Assembly (NCBI GenBank): GCA_002778465.1
Contig: PFBV01000002.1
Location: 2,312-66,311 of the forward strand
Direction: 5' to 3'
DNA from: Candidatus Magasanikbacteria bacterium CG10_big_fil_rev_8_21_14_0_10_36_32
Lineage (GTDB): Bacteria > Patescibacteriota > Patescibacteriia > Magasanikbacterales > GWA2-37-8
DNA length: 64,000 bases
A program made the translations under genes and the position numbers. The first letter of the stretch is position 1. The number at the start of each line of letters is the position of its first letter. Positions 31,001-40,285 of the stretch are shown piece by piece. A model generated the notes under the pieces. It made no database searches. It saw only the letters and a program-made list of their open reading frames with translations, and was not told the origin of the DNA.

Positions 31001-34000
31001 AATTCATGCCGCGCCTACAAGGGTAATGCCGGCAATAATGTGCGGGTGGTTTTTCAAGATAATTTTGAAAATGAAGAAATAGGCGATTGGTCTGGAGGTT
31101 TGGGCGGCAGTTTGGAAATTTCCTTGGAATCAAATCAAATTAATGGCCATTCATTAAAGAATTTTGGTCAAGATGGTTTTTATCGTCAGAATGTTGAGGT
31201 TGCAGAAGGTAAGAGTTATGTTTTAACTTTTTGGGCCAAAGGTAATGCTATTATTTTTCCTTCTTTTCAAGATGAAGGAGTTTATAAATTAAGTTTTGGT
31301 GATGCGGTTAGCTTGACTGATGTTTGGCATTATTATTCTTTCGGACCGTTAGAATTTAATCAATCAGTTACCAGTACATATTTAAATTTTAATATTTCAG
31401 GTACGGGATTAAAAAATGTTTTTATAGACAATATAAAATTAATGGAAATTACCGATTACCTGTATTTGGTTAAAAACAGTTTAAGTGTTAATCAGATTTG
31501 TGATAGTAATTTGGAAGATAATATGCCGGGTGAGGCGTTGGGTTGCACGGCCTATAAAGATCCATTAAATAATATATATAATTTAACCAATTTCAGTTAT
31601 CTTTGTCGTGAAGCGGCGGTTGGTTGTACTGCTGTGTTGGATACATATAATACTTTGAATACTGCCGAACCGCGTACTTATAATGTGTGGCTTTATGGCG
31701 AGATGATAAATTTAGATGGTCGGAGCGCTGAGGTGGTAATCGGTGGAAAAACTTTTTCATGTATTGTGCCGACAGGAGCGAAAGGTTGTTATGTTGATAT
31801 TTTTGGACCGACTTTGGCGCAAATAGTAAGTGTTAGTGTTCCTGGTATTTTAACTTCTTCCACTATTTATATTCCGGGAGATACGCCAACCAGTTCACCG
31901 ATTTATTTGGTGGCCAACAAATCGGCAACTTGTAAATCTGAAAATATCGGTTGTCGATCGGTTGGAAAAGGCACTGTCACCAGAGATGGAGTATTGAATC
32001 CTTTGTCCAGTGAATATGAAGATGTGGCGGTTAAAAATGATCCGGCGCTGTTTGATGATGTTTTGTGCGGCAGTGAATCGGTAGGTTGCCGCGGTTACAC
32101 ATCCGGTGACAGCAAATATTATTTTAAAGATCCGAAAATTATCGGCCAACGCGTTTGTGCTTATATGTCCGCTAAAAATGATAGTGGCTTGCCGATTATG
32201 GGTTGGTATTGGAAAGATAATAAAATGTGTGGCGATTCATCCGGATTTTGTTCATCAGATGCCGATTGCGCCGCCGGAGTTAAATGTCAAAATGTTCCGT
32301 GTTATCCTCTTTATTATAAATTTAATGAAACACAAGGCGCTATTGAATGGGGATTGTGGTCTTTTGGCAGTACTCAGTATAAAGGTTTTGTGGGACAATG
32401 TCCTGAAGAACAAAACGGTTGTACTGAATTTATAGATCGTGCCAGCAGCGCTCAGGTTTCTGGTAAAAAATGCGCTTTCACTGGCAAAAAATGTGAACTA
32501 AATAGTGATTGCAATGAAGAAGAAAATGATTATTGTAAAGAAAATGTTTCTGGCACTTATTATCTTTTAAATGATGGAGTTTTGGCTGAAACAAAAAATA
32601 AATGTAATGGCATGGTCAGTCAAGCCGAAGGTTGTATTTTGCTTGATCAAACGGACAAGCCGAATAAATATTGGAATACCACTTCAACCTATGAAGTTTC
32701 CCAATCCGCTCAAGATGCTTTTGTTGTGCCAGTAGATAAAGCCGAATTAAACGATGCCAATATAATTTTAAAAGTTACCCACGACAGAGAATGCGCTGAA
32801 TGGGGATATTGCGATTTAAAACAAGATTATAAAGATGAAGATACTGGTGAAACAACTTCTCGTTGTTATCATTTGGGTGTTTGTCAAAAAGCGACCGGTT
32901 CTTCAATTTTTAACAAAGAATGTTTGGTGCCGGTTACTCAATGGGATGATAAAAATCAGGAACTCTCATTGGCTCATTATAATTCCCGTGAAGCTTATTG
33001 GGATTCTTTGGATTACTCCGGTTATTCAGTGCCATGGCTTTACTCAATTGCTGATTTAACCGCTCGTCCGTTGGCTGGTGATAATTTTCATTTGGTTCAT
33101 GTTGATTACAGTGAAGATGCGGCGGGAGATTGTAATGGCAGCGCCGACAATGGAGATGTTTGCGGTTTGGATGATACGGGAAAGTGTTTTAACGGAGAAT
33201 GTTTGCATTCACCAAATAATTATTCCTCTTTGACTAACCATTTAACATTGTTAAATTGTCGTGGTAACGCCGAAGATTCCAGTCCGTTTCCATCATCTGT
33301 TTTGACTGATGAAAGCGCCAGTTTAGATTATAAAATATTTAAATCAGGATTTGAGAGTGTTAATTTATGTTATGATAAATCCGGCAGTGTGGTAAATTGT
33401 GATTGCAGTTATAAAAAATTAAGAACTTCAGCTGGTGATGTTTATACCCCGTCCAATCAGTCAGTTGGCAGTTCATATGTTTGTAGTGGTGGAACAAAAC
33501 AAGGTAAATTCTGTAATGGAAAAGATGATATCACCACTTGCGGCAGCGATGGTATTTGCGGCGTTATTCAAACATTGAGCGCAATGAACGGCTGGCAGGG
33601 ATATTGTTTGGAACGTGATACGCGACAGTTTATCAATGGCACTGAAACCGGAAATTGTTTGACTTGGTGGCCGATTGAAGTTCCGCCGGGGACTACTAAT
33701 ATTTGGGATATTGACGATTCAGCTGGTTATCAAATTGCTGAAGGAAAACAAGACAGGTTTATGTGTTTGGTTAATGAGCCGGTTATTAACGATCCTGAAA
33801 TAATGATGCATATATTATTATATGGGAGTCATGTTTCCGCAGCCAATGATTATAATATTCAGCAATTACCCAAATCTTATAAAATACAAACCGCCGGTCT
33901 TGACCATAGTTTTAAAATAACCGATTTGCCGCCCAATGCGGCTGTATCTGGTTGTTCGGACAATAATGCGGATGATGATTTTTATGACCCGTTACCTGGA

Positions 34001-36127
34001 ACGCCCAGTAATAATGTATATAATTATCAGATATATGACTATGATAGCAATAAAAATTCAAAAGGAAAGTTTTGTCCAATAAACAGAGAAACTTTGCGCA
34101 AGGATGGCGATACAATGCGAATGTGTGCGAATCCAACTTGGGATGATGATAATCAAACCTATTCTGAATGTCCGCCGTCGGGTATTCTCGCTGCCGATGG
34201 TACGCGTTGGGTAAATAACAACTATGAAAATAAATATTTCCATCGCAATGAAATAGAAAGAATTGATATTGTTTTTGATAGAATAGGCGATGATCAATAT
34301 GCTGATGGATATATTAGTTTTATAACAGACAGTATTAACGCTGTTGAAGGTCATGCTTTTGATACGGAAGAACATTTTTTAAATAAAGAAGGAGAAAGCG
34401 CGACTAAGGGCGTGGTTGATAATTATGAAATGAGATGTCCGGATTGGAATAGTATTGAAGATGGATTGGGAAATTTAAGAGCTTGGGAATGGCGCGGTGG
34501 AGTAGGTGTTCCATCGTGGACTTTGCCTGATGCGGATGATACAACATTAAGTAAAATGCAAGTTCTCGCTCAGGGTGTTTGTGAAGATTTATACAGAGAA
34601 GTTCAAGTTAAATCAAGTGAAGTAAATCAGAAAAATTTGGCTATAAGAGTGGTTTGGGATGGAGATTATCATTTACGCGGTATTTGGGTAAATTTGGAAA
34701 ATACGGGGTCGGCTGATGTAAACGCTGGATTCTTTTTCGTAATCCATTTTAATGATGGCCGTTGTGAAAAATTTGCCAAAGTTGCCACCGATACTGCTTC
34801 AAAAGATTTTGCTTTTAAACCATTCACTAATAATTTAGCGACAGGCAAAACAATCAATATGGGTTCCGCGCCGGTTGGTATTACTTTAACTGACAGAGTT
34901 TCTAATTTAAACGGTGGAAATTACGGATTAGCTTGGGGCGAGGGAGAATATTTAGAACCGCCAAGCGCCAGTGTTAAAGAAGCCTTTGTAAATCCGTTTA
35001 TACCATGGCCCAATACGCATCTTTTTATTGATACTGTGATTTTTTCACAGGGCGGCGATTATTTAAAAAATTATGAAATGACCAATTTTAAAGCCGGCGT
35101 GCCGTTGGTTTGGGCAAGATACGGATTGGCAAAATATGAAGACGGAGGTATTTATGATGGACCTGATTATACAACATTTAATAGTGAGATTTTTGATGTT
35201 TCAACTGTAGATATGCCGTGGGAAATTATGTTGGAAAATATGTACGCCAAAGTTTTTGGACAGTATGAGCAAAGTTACAGTGGTGGTATGCCGACTGAAT
35301 TTACATTATTATCCGGCACGGAATTAGATATGGCAAATTCTGCTAACGCTATCAAAAGCGGATTAAAAATTTATCCGCCTCATGTGGCCGCGCCGATTAT
35401 CGGTTCAACCGGAGATGATTGGCAGTTGGATGCCATATCCGTTAATGACAGGGTGTCCGGTGATATTTATTTAGTCAGCGGTTCGCAGGTGCATATTAAA
35501 TTTTATGCTTGGGCTCATGGTAATCAAATGCCATTGAGAAAAATCTGGGTTGATAAAGGTGATGGAATTAAAATCAGCAATGATAGTGTCAGTTTTGGCA
35601 ACCGCAAATTTAAATGCGCCGAAGGCACTTGTGGCGCCACTGCTGGCGGCTGGCAATTTCCTTGTGAAAATAATGATGATTGTGCGCCATTGTATAGTGA
35701 TTCAATCACGGACGATTCTACTGCCTGTTATTATCCGGCTGCATATGACCATCGTAAGTTTGGTAATACCGGAGATACCGGTTGTCATGAAGGTCCGTAT
35801 GATTTTGTTACTGATTTTAATTGTCCTTACGGCGATTTGACGCATTGGCCTGTTAGTTGGTTGGAACCGGAAGAACAGGCTTATATTCAAAGTCAATTTG
35901 GAGATATTAGTTATGTTTGTATGGTACAACCAAAAGTCCAAGTGACTGATAATTGGGGTTGGTGTAATGGAACTTGTAAAACTACTTATGCTGGAGGTGG
36001 TTCTAATATTGAGGGTGATGGTTGTTATGAAGATTATAGTGGGAAAGATTGTTCAACCGACGAATATGGCAATAACAAAGCTTGGACTAAATATAACGGA
36101 AGATTAATCATTATTCCAACACAATAA
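28031..36127 (+). CDS. Giant (~2,700 aa) Cys-rich secreted protein with a CBM-like domain
   Basis: Signal/TM N-terminus. At least ten spaced copies of a [DN]xGCxA[FY]-like motif (DTDGCRRY, DDGCSAF, DAGCSAF, NIGCRSV, SVGCRGY, QNGCTEF, ALGCTAY, AVGCTAV...). CBM4/9-like jelly-roll segment (VVFQDNFENEEIGDW...FWAKGN). ATG ATG at 28031 (ORF track uses a TTG at 28016). Confidence 0.7.
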   Translation: MMKCPRKISLKILMALFIVSGFFGTAIFGVEKAQAQYDNQINASFLSWQAQGEAEKAKAEVQSNLLKNKNYMVMNAVINAMSYFANKISYDMAVWLASGGKGQAPFSSTSGFFKYLGQVTGDSLGESLGSLGESLGLNICDLPDPRLDLALQLGLNFHYAEPTPKCSWQDLKKAYSVENFKSKYLSQEGTIGRLSASVTVKDTDFGIWTDARAKIDGIAVQKENAAQADREEGSGMKAVTDLISGQVKTPAVVVKDTMMKQSADSKMTKEEAKKTGEVWGAFGAGATQVAYKAASTFISTMLGTVLKNFMEGGMLPGGHKVCNPGLTLTGVNLEPCSSDSSGGNNLADNYYADARNTDNRAAAQAMFSQLLIPQIKTLDNYNLIASLAECSPENLSPDSCVVDQSFLQILQSADNGESLTVKQAMEKGWLHGDWKMISSLDKAASQKQDCSQSAYCQRNMTFLRQARILSVGFEFAALLSPVNNPVSLKEVVDNFYTVGSPYYHLINPHWVIKLPKIRCKAFTFSSIAQNGARLEECSDLQHCVGYNKDGSCQTWGYCMKERPIWKFNANYCDSQYSTCRAFTDSDGNSVGYLVRTLDTSFCGEDTDGCRRYSAGKVYASATNSVWLPEEIKYNTVSNYFYNSSLYFNKKLTSCDAKDDGCSAFKLASKTDTLLYLRKAPDYLGCYDADLKSVPAKLYDGIAWPKNLTELSLVTPQNTEACKNYAQVCLPEEENCNLYTSVLNQEAIPGKFKPAEIVSMTAGQQLVWNDQCDASCVGYAAYKEMPSSYTNGENLAYIIPSSGNTCTSYDAGCSAFTNLSTTNPSGMEQTEYFSYLRSCILPDQTKQKTFYLYESSESGGYKLQTFVLEKDATGAPKQIWRDISEIDSFGDCDSTSYAAGTADPDCHQFNDDGGNIYYKYLSKTILVSENCNPYRLNNTELVDGQCPFDFDGFGNRVGNAVEKINEACYYYGLPVGDTRGAGETKVCSAATNSCRAYKGNAGNNVRVVFQDNFENEEIGDWSGGLGGSLEISLESNQINGHSLKNFGQDGFYRQNVEVAEGKSYVLTFWAKGNAIIFPSFQDEGVYKLSFGDAVSLTDVWHYYSFGPLEFNQSVTSTYLNFNISGTGLKNVFIDNIKLMEITDYLYLVKNSLSVNQICDSNLEDNMPGEALGCTAYKDPLNNIYNLTNFSYLCREAAVGCTAVLDTYNTLNTAEPRTYNVWLYGEMINLDGRSAEVVIGGKTFSCIVPTGAKGCYVDIFGPTLAQIVSVSVPGILTSSTIYIPGDTPTSSPIYLVANKSATCKSENIGCRSVGKGTVTRDGVLNPLSSEYEDVAVKNDPALFDDVLCGSESVGCRGYTSGDSKYYFKDPKIIGQRVCAYMSAKNDSGLPIMGWYWKDNKMCGDSSGFCSSDADCAAGVKCQNVPCYPLYYKFNETQGAIEWGLWSFGSTQYKGFVGQCPEEQNGCTEFIDRASSAQVSGKKCAFTGKKCELNSDCNEEENDYCKENVSGTYYLLNDGVLAETKNKCNGMVSQAEGCILLDQTDKPNKYWNTTSTYEVSQSAQDAFVVPVDKAELNDANIILKVTHDRECAEWGYCDLKQDYKDEDTGETTSRCYHLGVCQKATGSSIFNKECLVPVTQWDDKNQELSLAHYNSREAYWDSLDYSGYSVPWLYSIADLTARPLAGDNFHLVHVDYSEDAAGDCNGSADNGDVCGLDDTGKCFNGECLHSPNNYSSLTNHLTLLNCRGNAEDSSPFPSSVLTDESASLDYKIFKSGFESVNLCYDKSGSVVNCDCSYKKLRTSAGDVYTPSNQSVGSSYVCSGGTKQGKFCNGKDDITTCGSDGICGVIQTLSAMNGWQGYCLERDTRQFINGTETGNCLTWWPIEVPPGTTNIWDIDDSAGYQIAEGKQDRFMCLVNEPVINDPEIMMHILLYGSHVSAANDYNIQQLPKSYKIQTAGLDHSFKITDLPPNAAVSGCSDNNADDDFYDPLPGTPSNNVYNYQIYDYDSNKNSKGKFCPINRETLRKDGDTMRMCANPTWDDDNQTYSECPPSGILAADGTRWVNNNYENKYFHRNEIERIDIVFDRIGDDQYADGYISFITDSINAVEGHAFDTEEHFLNKEGESATKGVVDNYEMRCPDWNSIEDGLGNLRAWEWRGGVGVPSWTLPDADDTTLSKMQVLAQGVCEDLYREVQVKSSEVNQKNLAIRVVWDGDYHLRGIWVNLENTGSADVNAGFFFVIHFNDGRCEKFAKVATDTASKDFAFKPFTNNLATGKTINMGSAPVGITLTDRVSNLNGGNYGLAWGEGEYLEPPSASVKEAFVNPFIPWPNTHLFIDTVIFSQGGDYLKNYEMTNFKAGVPLVWARYGLAKYEDGGIYDGPDYTTFNSEIFDVSTVDMPWEIMLENMYAKVFGQYEQSYSGGMPTEFTLLSGTELDMANSANAIKSGLKIYPPHVAAPIIGSTGDDWQLDAISVNDRVSGDIYLVSGSQVHIKFYAWAHGNQMPLRKIWVDKGDGIKISNDSVSFGNRKFKCAEGTCGATAGGWQFPCENNDDCAPLYSDSITDDSTACYYPAAYDHRKFGNTGDTGCHEGPYDFVTDFNCPYGDLTHWPVSWLEPEEQAYIQSQFGDISYVCMVQPKVQVTDNWGWCNGTCKTTYAGGGSNIEGDGCYEDYSGKDCSTDEYGNNKAWTKYNGRLIIIPTQ

Positions 36128-36140
36128 AAAATAAATTAAA

Positions 36141-36178
36141 AAATCCCCCAACAATTTAGTTGGGGGATTTGTTTTTTT
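36141..36178. terminator. Bidirectional rho-independent terminator between convergent genes
   Basis: AAATCCCCCAAC-AATTTA-GTTGGGGGATTT hairpin flanked by an A-run and a T-run. Confidence 0.6.
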
Positions 36179-36222
36179 AAAGGACAAACTTATCTGTGGA
36201 ACTCCACAGTTCTGAGATGACC

Positions 36223-36747
36223 TCAAGCGTAACCTGACTGAATCAGATTGCCATTGGATAGTATAGTCGCTATCAGCCAGCCGCAACTGCCGGTTTTTAC
36301 CAGTGGCAGATTCTTTCCTTGATAATCTCCCTTGAGAAAAGCGAGAGTGCCGTTTCCGGTAAAGTTTACCACGCACATATTTCCGATTTCCGGAGTGATT
36401 GTGACGGTCATCACCATGGTAGTTTCAGTGTTGTACCAGTCGCCGGCGATATGTGTCAGCTCATTGCAACTAGCAGGATCAATGAAAACCAGTTTGGACA
36501 ATTCCGTGTCCATCACACTGTTTTCCGGCTCGGTAATGATTGGCGGCAGATTGAGATCTGAATCGCCGTTCATTTCTGAATCGCCGTATTCATCCATCAA
36601 TTCGCCACCATCAATGTCTTCGTCATAAGGATAACATCCAGATGTTATAACGGCGAACAAGAGCATTACAGCAATGGCTATAATTGCAATGACAATTGTG
36701 GCAACCGCTCCTACTGTAACATGGGAATCATAATGTAAATTTCTCAC
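36223..36747 (-). CDS. Hypothetical small membrane-anchored acidic protein; GC-rich (~48%), likely horizontally acquired
   Basis: GTG start 5 nt after an AGGAGG SD; N-terminal TM helix; the only minus-strand gene within about 50 kb; GC well above background. Confidence 0.5.
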   Translation of the reverse strand: MRNLHYDSHVTVGAVATIVIAIIAIAVMLLFAVITSGCYPYDEDIDGGELMDEYGDSEMNGDSDLNLPPIITEPENSVMDTELSKLVFIDPASCNELTHIAGDWYNTETTMVMTVTITPEIGNMCVVNFTGNGTLAFLKGDYQGKNLPLVKTGSCGWLIATILSNGNLIQSGYA

Positions 36748-36960
36748 CGTTTCCTCCTTTTTGTTTCAGATTTTGGTCGTTTGAATATTCAAAGAACTTT
36801 AATAGTTTTAGCATATTTAAAGATTTTTGTCAATCTCGCATAAATTTAAAATAGCCTGTTAAAATAAATATTTTTAAAATGGAATTTTAAATGTTAAATT
36901 ATCTTAATTTTAGCCATCTTTAGCCTTTTTTTATGTGGATAACCAACGATTTTTTGTTGT

Positions 36961-36989
36961 TTGTTGTCTTCTTTAATTTATGGTATAAT
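36961..36989 (+). promoter_or_regulatory. Sigma70-like promoter with extended -10 (TTGTTG-17-TGGTATAAT) for the T4SS-like operon
   Basis: Consensus-like extended -10 element located ~105 nt upstream of the ATG at 37095. Confidence 0.4.
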
Positions 36990-37094
36990 ATGAGTATTAA
37001 ATTAGCTGTAAAAAGGCTATAAGCGAACGAAGATGAGTGAAATAATCGTCGAGAAGGCGGATATTTCCAAGTCAAGAAGCTTATATTATTATAT

Positions 37095-40000
37095 ATGCTA
37101 CAGACTTTAGCCCGGACCGGGCGAAAATTTTGGAATTTTATCAGACCGCGCAGAAAGTGGGGTCTTATTTCGCTTTTTATTTTTGCCGGTGTCGGTTTGT
37201 GTGTTTATTTTTTTGGCGGAACATTGGTAAATTCAGCCGGTGGTTCTGAAGAAGTATATCAAGGCACTTTGCTTACTAAAATAGTAACCGATATTATGGT
37301 TTGGATTGCCGGATTTTTTATTCAGGCAACAGTTTTTATAATGGATTTTGTTATTGAAATAGCCGGTTATAGTAATTTTATAAATTCCAAAGCGGTTTTA
37401 TTTGGTTGGACGCTGGTGCGTGACATTGCCAATATGTTTTTTGTTGTGATTTTATTGATAATCGCTTTTGGTACGGTTTTGGGCGCTGAAACATATAGCT
37501 GGAAAAAACTTTTGGTAAAATTTGTTTTAGCGGCCGTGTTAGTGAATTTTAGCCGGATAATTTGCGGAATAATTATTGATGCCGCTCAGGTGTTTATGAT
37601 GACTTTTTTGAATGGTGTGGCGGCGGTAGCCGGTGGAAATATTATTAATGCTTTTAAATTAAATGATGTTTTAAGTTTTGATCCGAATGTGCAACCGGAA
37701 GGAATGACAGATGTCAGTGTTTTAGGTTCAGCCATTGCTTGTATGTTTTTTGCGGCGATTGCCGCCTTTACCATCGGCGCTTATTTTATTGTTTTACTCG
37801 GACGTTTAGTGACTTTATGGATTTTAATAATTTTATCGCCGTTGGCTTTTGTTTTAAATGTTATTCCAAAAACTCAATCTTATGCCGGACAATGGTGGTC
37901 TGAATTTACCAACAATGTTATTGCCGGTCCGATTTTGGCTTTTTTTCTTTGGTTGTCTTTTGCTGTGGTTGGCGATGGAATGCCTCATAATGAATTAAGC
38001 GATAATTCGGCTTTTATGTTAAATACCGAATCAGTGGAAAGTACGGGGAATAATAATGTAATGGGTGGTTTGGCTAAAGTTATGGAATGGGGAAATTTGG
38101 CAAATTTTATAATCGCCGTCGGTATGCTTTTAGCCGGCGTAAAAGCAACTCAAAAATTAGGTGTGATTGGTTCCGGTATGCTCGGGAGCGCGGTGGAAAT
38201 GGGCAAAAAAGTTGCGACAGTGGCGACTGGAATAGCGGCTGGCCGATGGTTGGCGCAAAAAGGTGTTGAAGGAACAAAAATTGCAGGCAAAGGCGTGTTG
38301 ATGAAAGCGCCATTTGTTGGCGGAGATGCTTGGAAACGGCGCGGTAGAACTATTGCCGGAAAAGTGTCTTCAAAAGTTCAGGATATTCAATATGCCCGCG
38401 AACAGGCGGCAAAAAAATTAGAGAAAAAAGGTGGTTTTGGAAAATTTGCCGCTGGAATTATTGAAACTGCAACTAAAAAAGAAGAAGCGTCTAAACAATG
38501 GGGGAAATTAGCCGCGATGAAAAAAGAAGTCAGAATGGAAGATATGGGTTTAGGTTCGCGTCAAGTTGGAAAAGATACTTTAGTGGAAAAAGTTCGTTTA
38601 GATACGCTTAAGGCGCAGAGTACTGCCGCCAAAGAACGCTGGTATAATAATGCTTTAGTTAAATTTTATAACGCGCCGGATGAATTAAAAGATTTACAAA
38701 CTCAGCGTGGCGGTTTAGCGACCAGAGAATCAGCGGAACAGGCGATTGTTCAGGAAGCCAGTTTGGAAATTGCTAAAGCTCAAGCTGAGTTGGAGAACAT
38801 AAAAGACAATCCGGAAAAAATCAAACAATTGAATGATAGTATTGCGCAGAGTACTGCTATTAAACAAAATGCTGAACAAAATTTATCTCAGATTGTTGAT
38901 ACCAAAAAAACACTTGATAAACAAGTTGATACTATTTTCAAAGACGATAAAAAATGGAACAAAGACAGTTTGATTGGAAAGGATATTTTAGAACAGAGAA
39001 TCCAAAAGGAAAAAAATATGTCTGATGTGGCCGCCGCTCAAGGTATGATGGAATTAAGTTATTTAAATACCGAAGCCGGCAGACAAGCTCAAGTCAACGC
39101 GGCGGAATCAAAAATTATTCAACAACAGATGGGAGAAACAGTCAATGCTCAAAAACAATTGGTTGAATTAAAAAAGATTGAAGAATTATTGAAAAAGCCG
39201 CAGCCGGGACAAGATGCGTCTGCTTTGTCCGCACGTTATCAGGCTTTGCAGCAGGATATGTATTCCTCCAAAGCCGGCGGAGAACAATTGCGGATTGATC
39301 AAGCTCGCGAGGCGGAAAAGAAATTAGCTGTGGCTCGTGATGAAAAATTAAAACAATCCAGTCAGTTACCTCGTTATTTAAGCCAAGTTTTGCAAAAACA
39401 AAATAAAGAGGATATTGATATGTATTCCTCAAAAAACTTTGACCAAATGATGGCTAATATTAAATTTTTGAGCGGTCAAATGGAAAAAGAGACAGATGTT
39501 GACAAGAAAAGCATAATGCAAAAAGATTTACAGAATTGGGTGGTAGCCTCCTTTAATCGCGGTTCTGATTTTGGCTTAGCCGCTTTGAGTACGGCAAAGA
39601 AAAATAAAGATATTTCCGCTGATAATGTGGATAGCGCCAGAGCTGCTCACTTATCGGCCTTTTTAGGGGAAGAAGTGGAACAGTCATCTGAAGGTGTGAA
39701 TAAGGCTATGGAAAAAATGAAAAAATTGCAGGGTGAAAACTTTGACGCTTTTATGACGAATTATGTTGGCGGTTTATCAATGATGGCTGATAATGGCGCG
39801 GTAACGCACGGCGGTTTGTATAAAATGGTGACTGATAAAAATACCGGCCGGCAGACTTATGAAGTGACACATAAAGATTATGATAAAGATTTGATTAAAT
39901 CCAAAAGAGATTATCATTTGTCTCAGGCTAGGCAAGCCGGTCGCGGATTTAATGGTTCTTTAGATTTTAAAGACGGTAAATTTAAATTAGACAGTGAAGT

Positions 40001-40247
40001 ATCGGTTAACCATGTTGTAAATTTGATTGGCGCTAGAACTTCGGTCGGTTATGCTAATATGCACAAGATGAATTTAGATTCATTAAGCTCTGCCATTGAA
40101 AATACTGATAAGGAAGAATTTTTGAAACAATTAGGTGAAAAATTAAGTAAAAGCATTACTGAAACAAAAGCGATGGAGATGTTATTAAAACGCATTTCGG
40201 GAAAAGCTTTAGATAAAATTAATAAATATATTACATCAAATAAATAA
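37095..40247 (+). CDS. VirB6/TrbL-like polytopic membrane protein with a long C-terminal coiled-coil extension
   Basis: About 7 TM helices in the first 330 aa, followed by ~700 aa rich in Q, K and E (coiled-coil-like); located at the head of a VirB4-containing cluster. Confidence 0.5.
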   Translation: MLQTLARTGRKFWNFIRPRRKWGLISLFIFAGVGLCVYFFGGTLVNSAGGSEEVYQGTLLTKIVTDIMVWIAGFFIQATVFIMDFVIEIAGYSNFINSKAVLFGWTLVRDIANMFFVVILLIIAFGTVLGAETYSWKKLLVKFVLAAVLVNFSRIICGIIIDAAQVFMMTFLNGVAAVAGGNIINAFKLNDVLSFDPNVQPEGMTDVSVLGSAIACMFFAAIAAFTIGAYFIVLLGRLVTLWILIILSPLAFVLNVIPKTQSYAGQWWSEFTNNVIAGPILAFFLWLSFAVVGDGMPHNELSDNSAFMLNTESVESTGNNNVMGGLAKVMEWGNLANFIIAVGMLLAGVKATQKLGVIGSGMLGSAVEMGKKVATVATGIAAGRWLAQKGVEGTKIAGKGVLMKAPFVGGDAWKRRGRTIAGKVSSKVQDIQYAREQAAKKLEKKGGFGKFAAGIIETATKKEEASKQWGKLAAMKKEVRMEDMGLGSRQVGKDTLVEKVRLDTLKAQSTAAKERWYNNALVKFYNAPDELKDLQTQRGGLATRESAEQAIVQEASLEIAKAQAELENIKDNPEKIKQLNDSIAQSTAIKQNAEQNLSQIVDTKKTLDKQVDTIFKDDKKWNKDSLIGKDILEQRIQKEKNMSDVAAAQGMMELSYLNTEAGRQAQVNAAESKIIQQQMGETVNAQKQLVELKKIEELLKKPQPGQDASALSARYQALQQDMYSSKAGGEQLRIDQAREAEKKLAVARDEKLKQSSQLPRYLSQVLQKQNKEDIDMYSSKNFDQMMANIKFLSGQMEKETDVDKKSIMQKDLQNWVVASFNRGSDFGLAALSTAKKNKDISADNVDSARAAHLSAFLGEEVEQSSEGVNKAMEKMKKLQGENFDAFMTNYVGGLSMMADNGAVTHGGLYKMVTDKNTGRQTYEVTHKDYDKDLIKSKRDYHLSQARQAGRGFNGSLDFKDGKFKLDSEVSVNHVVNLIGARTSVGYANMHKMNLDSLSSAIENTDKEEFLKQLGEKLSKSITETKAMEMLLKRISGKALDKINKYITSNK

Positions 40248-40285
40248 AATTAATACTGATAAATTAAGCAAGATAAGTTTTGAAT

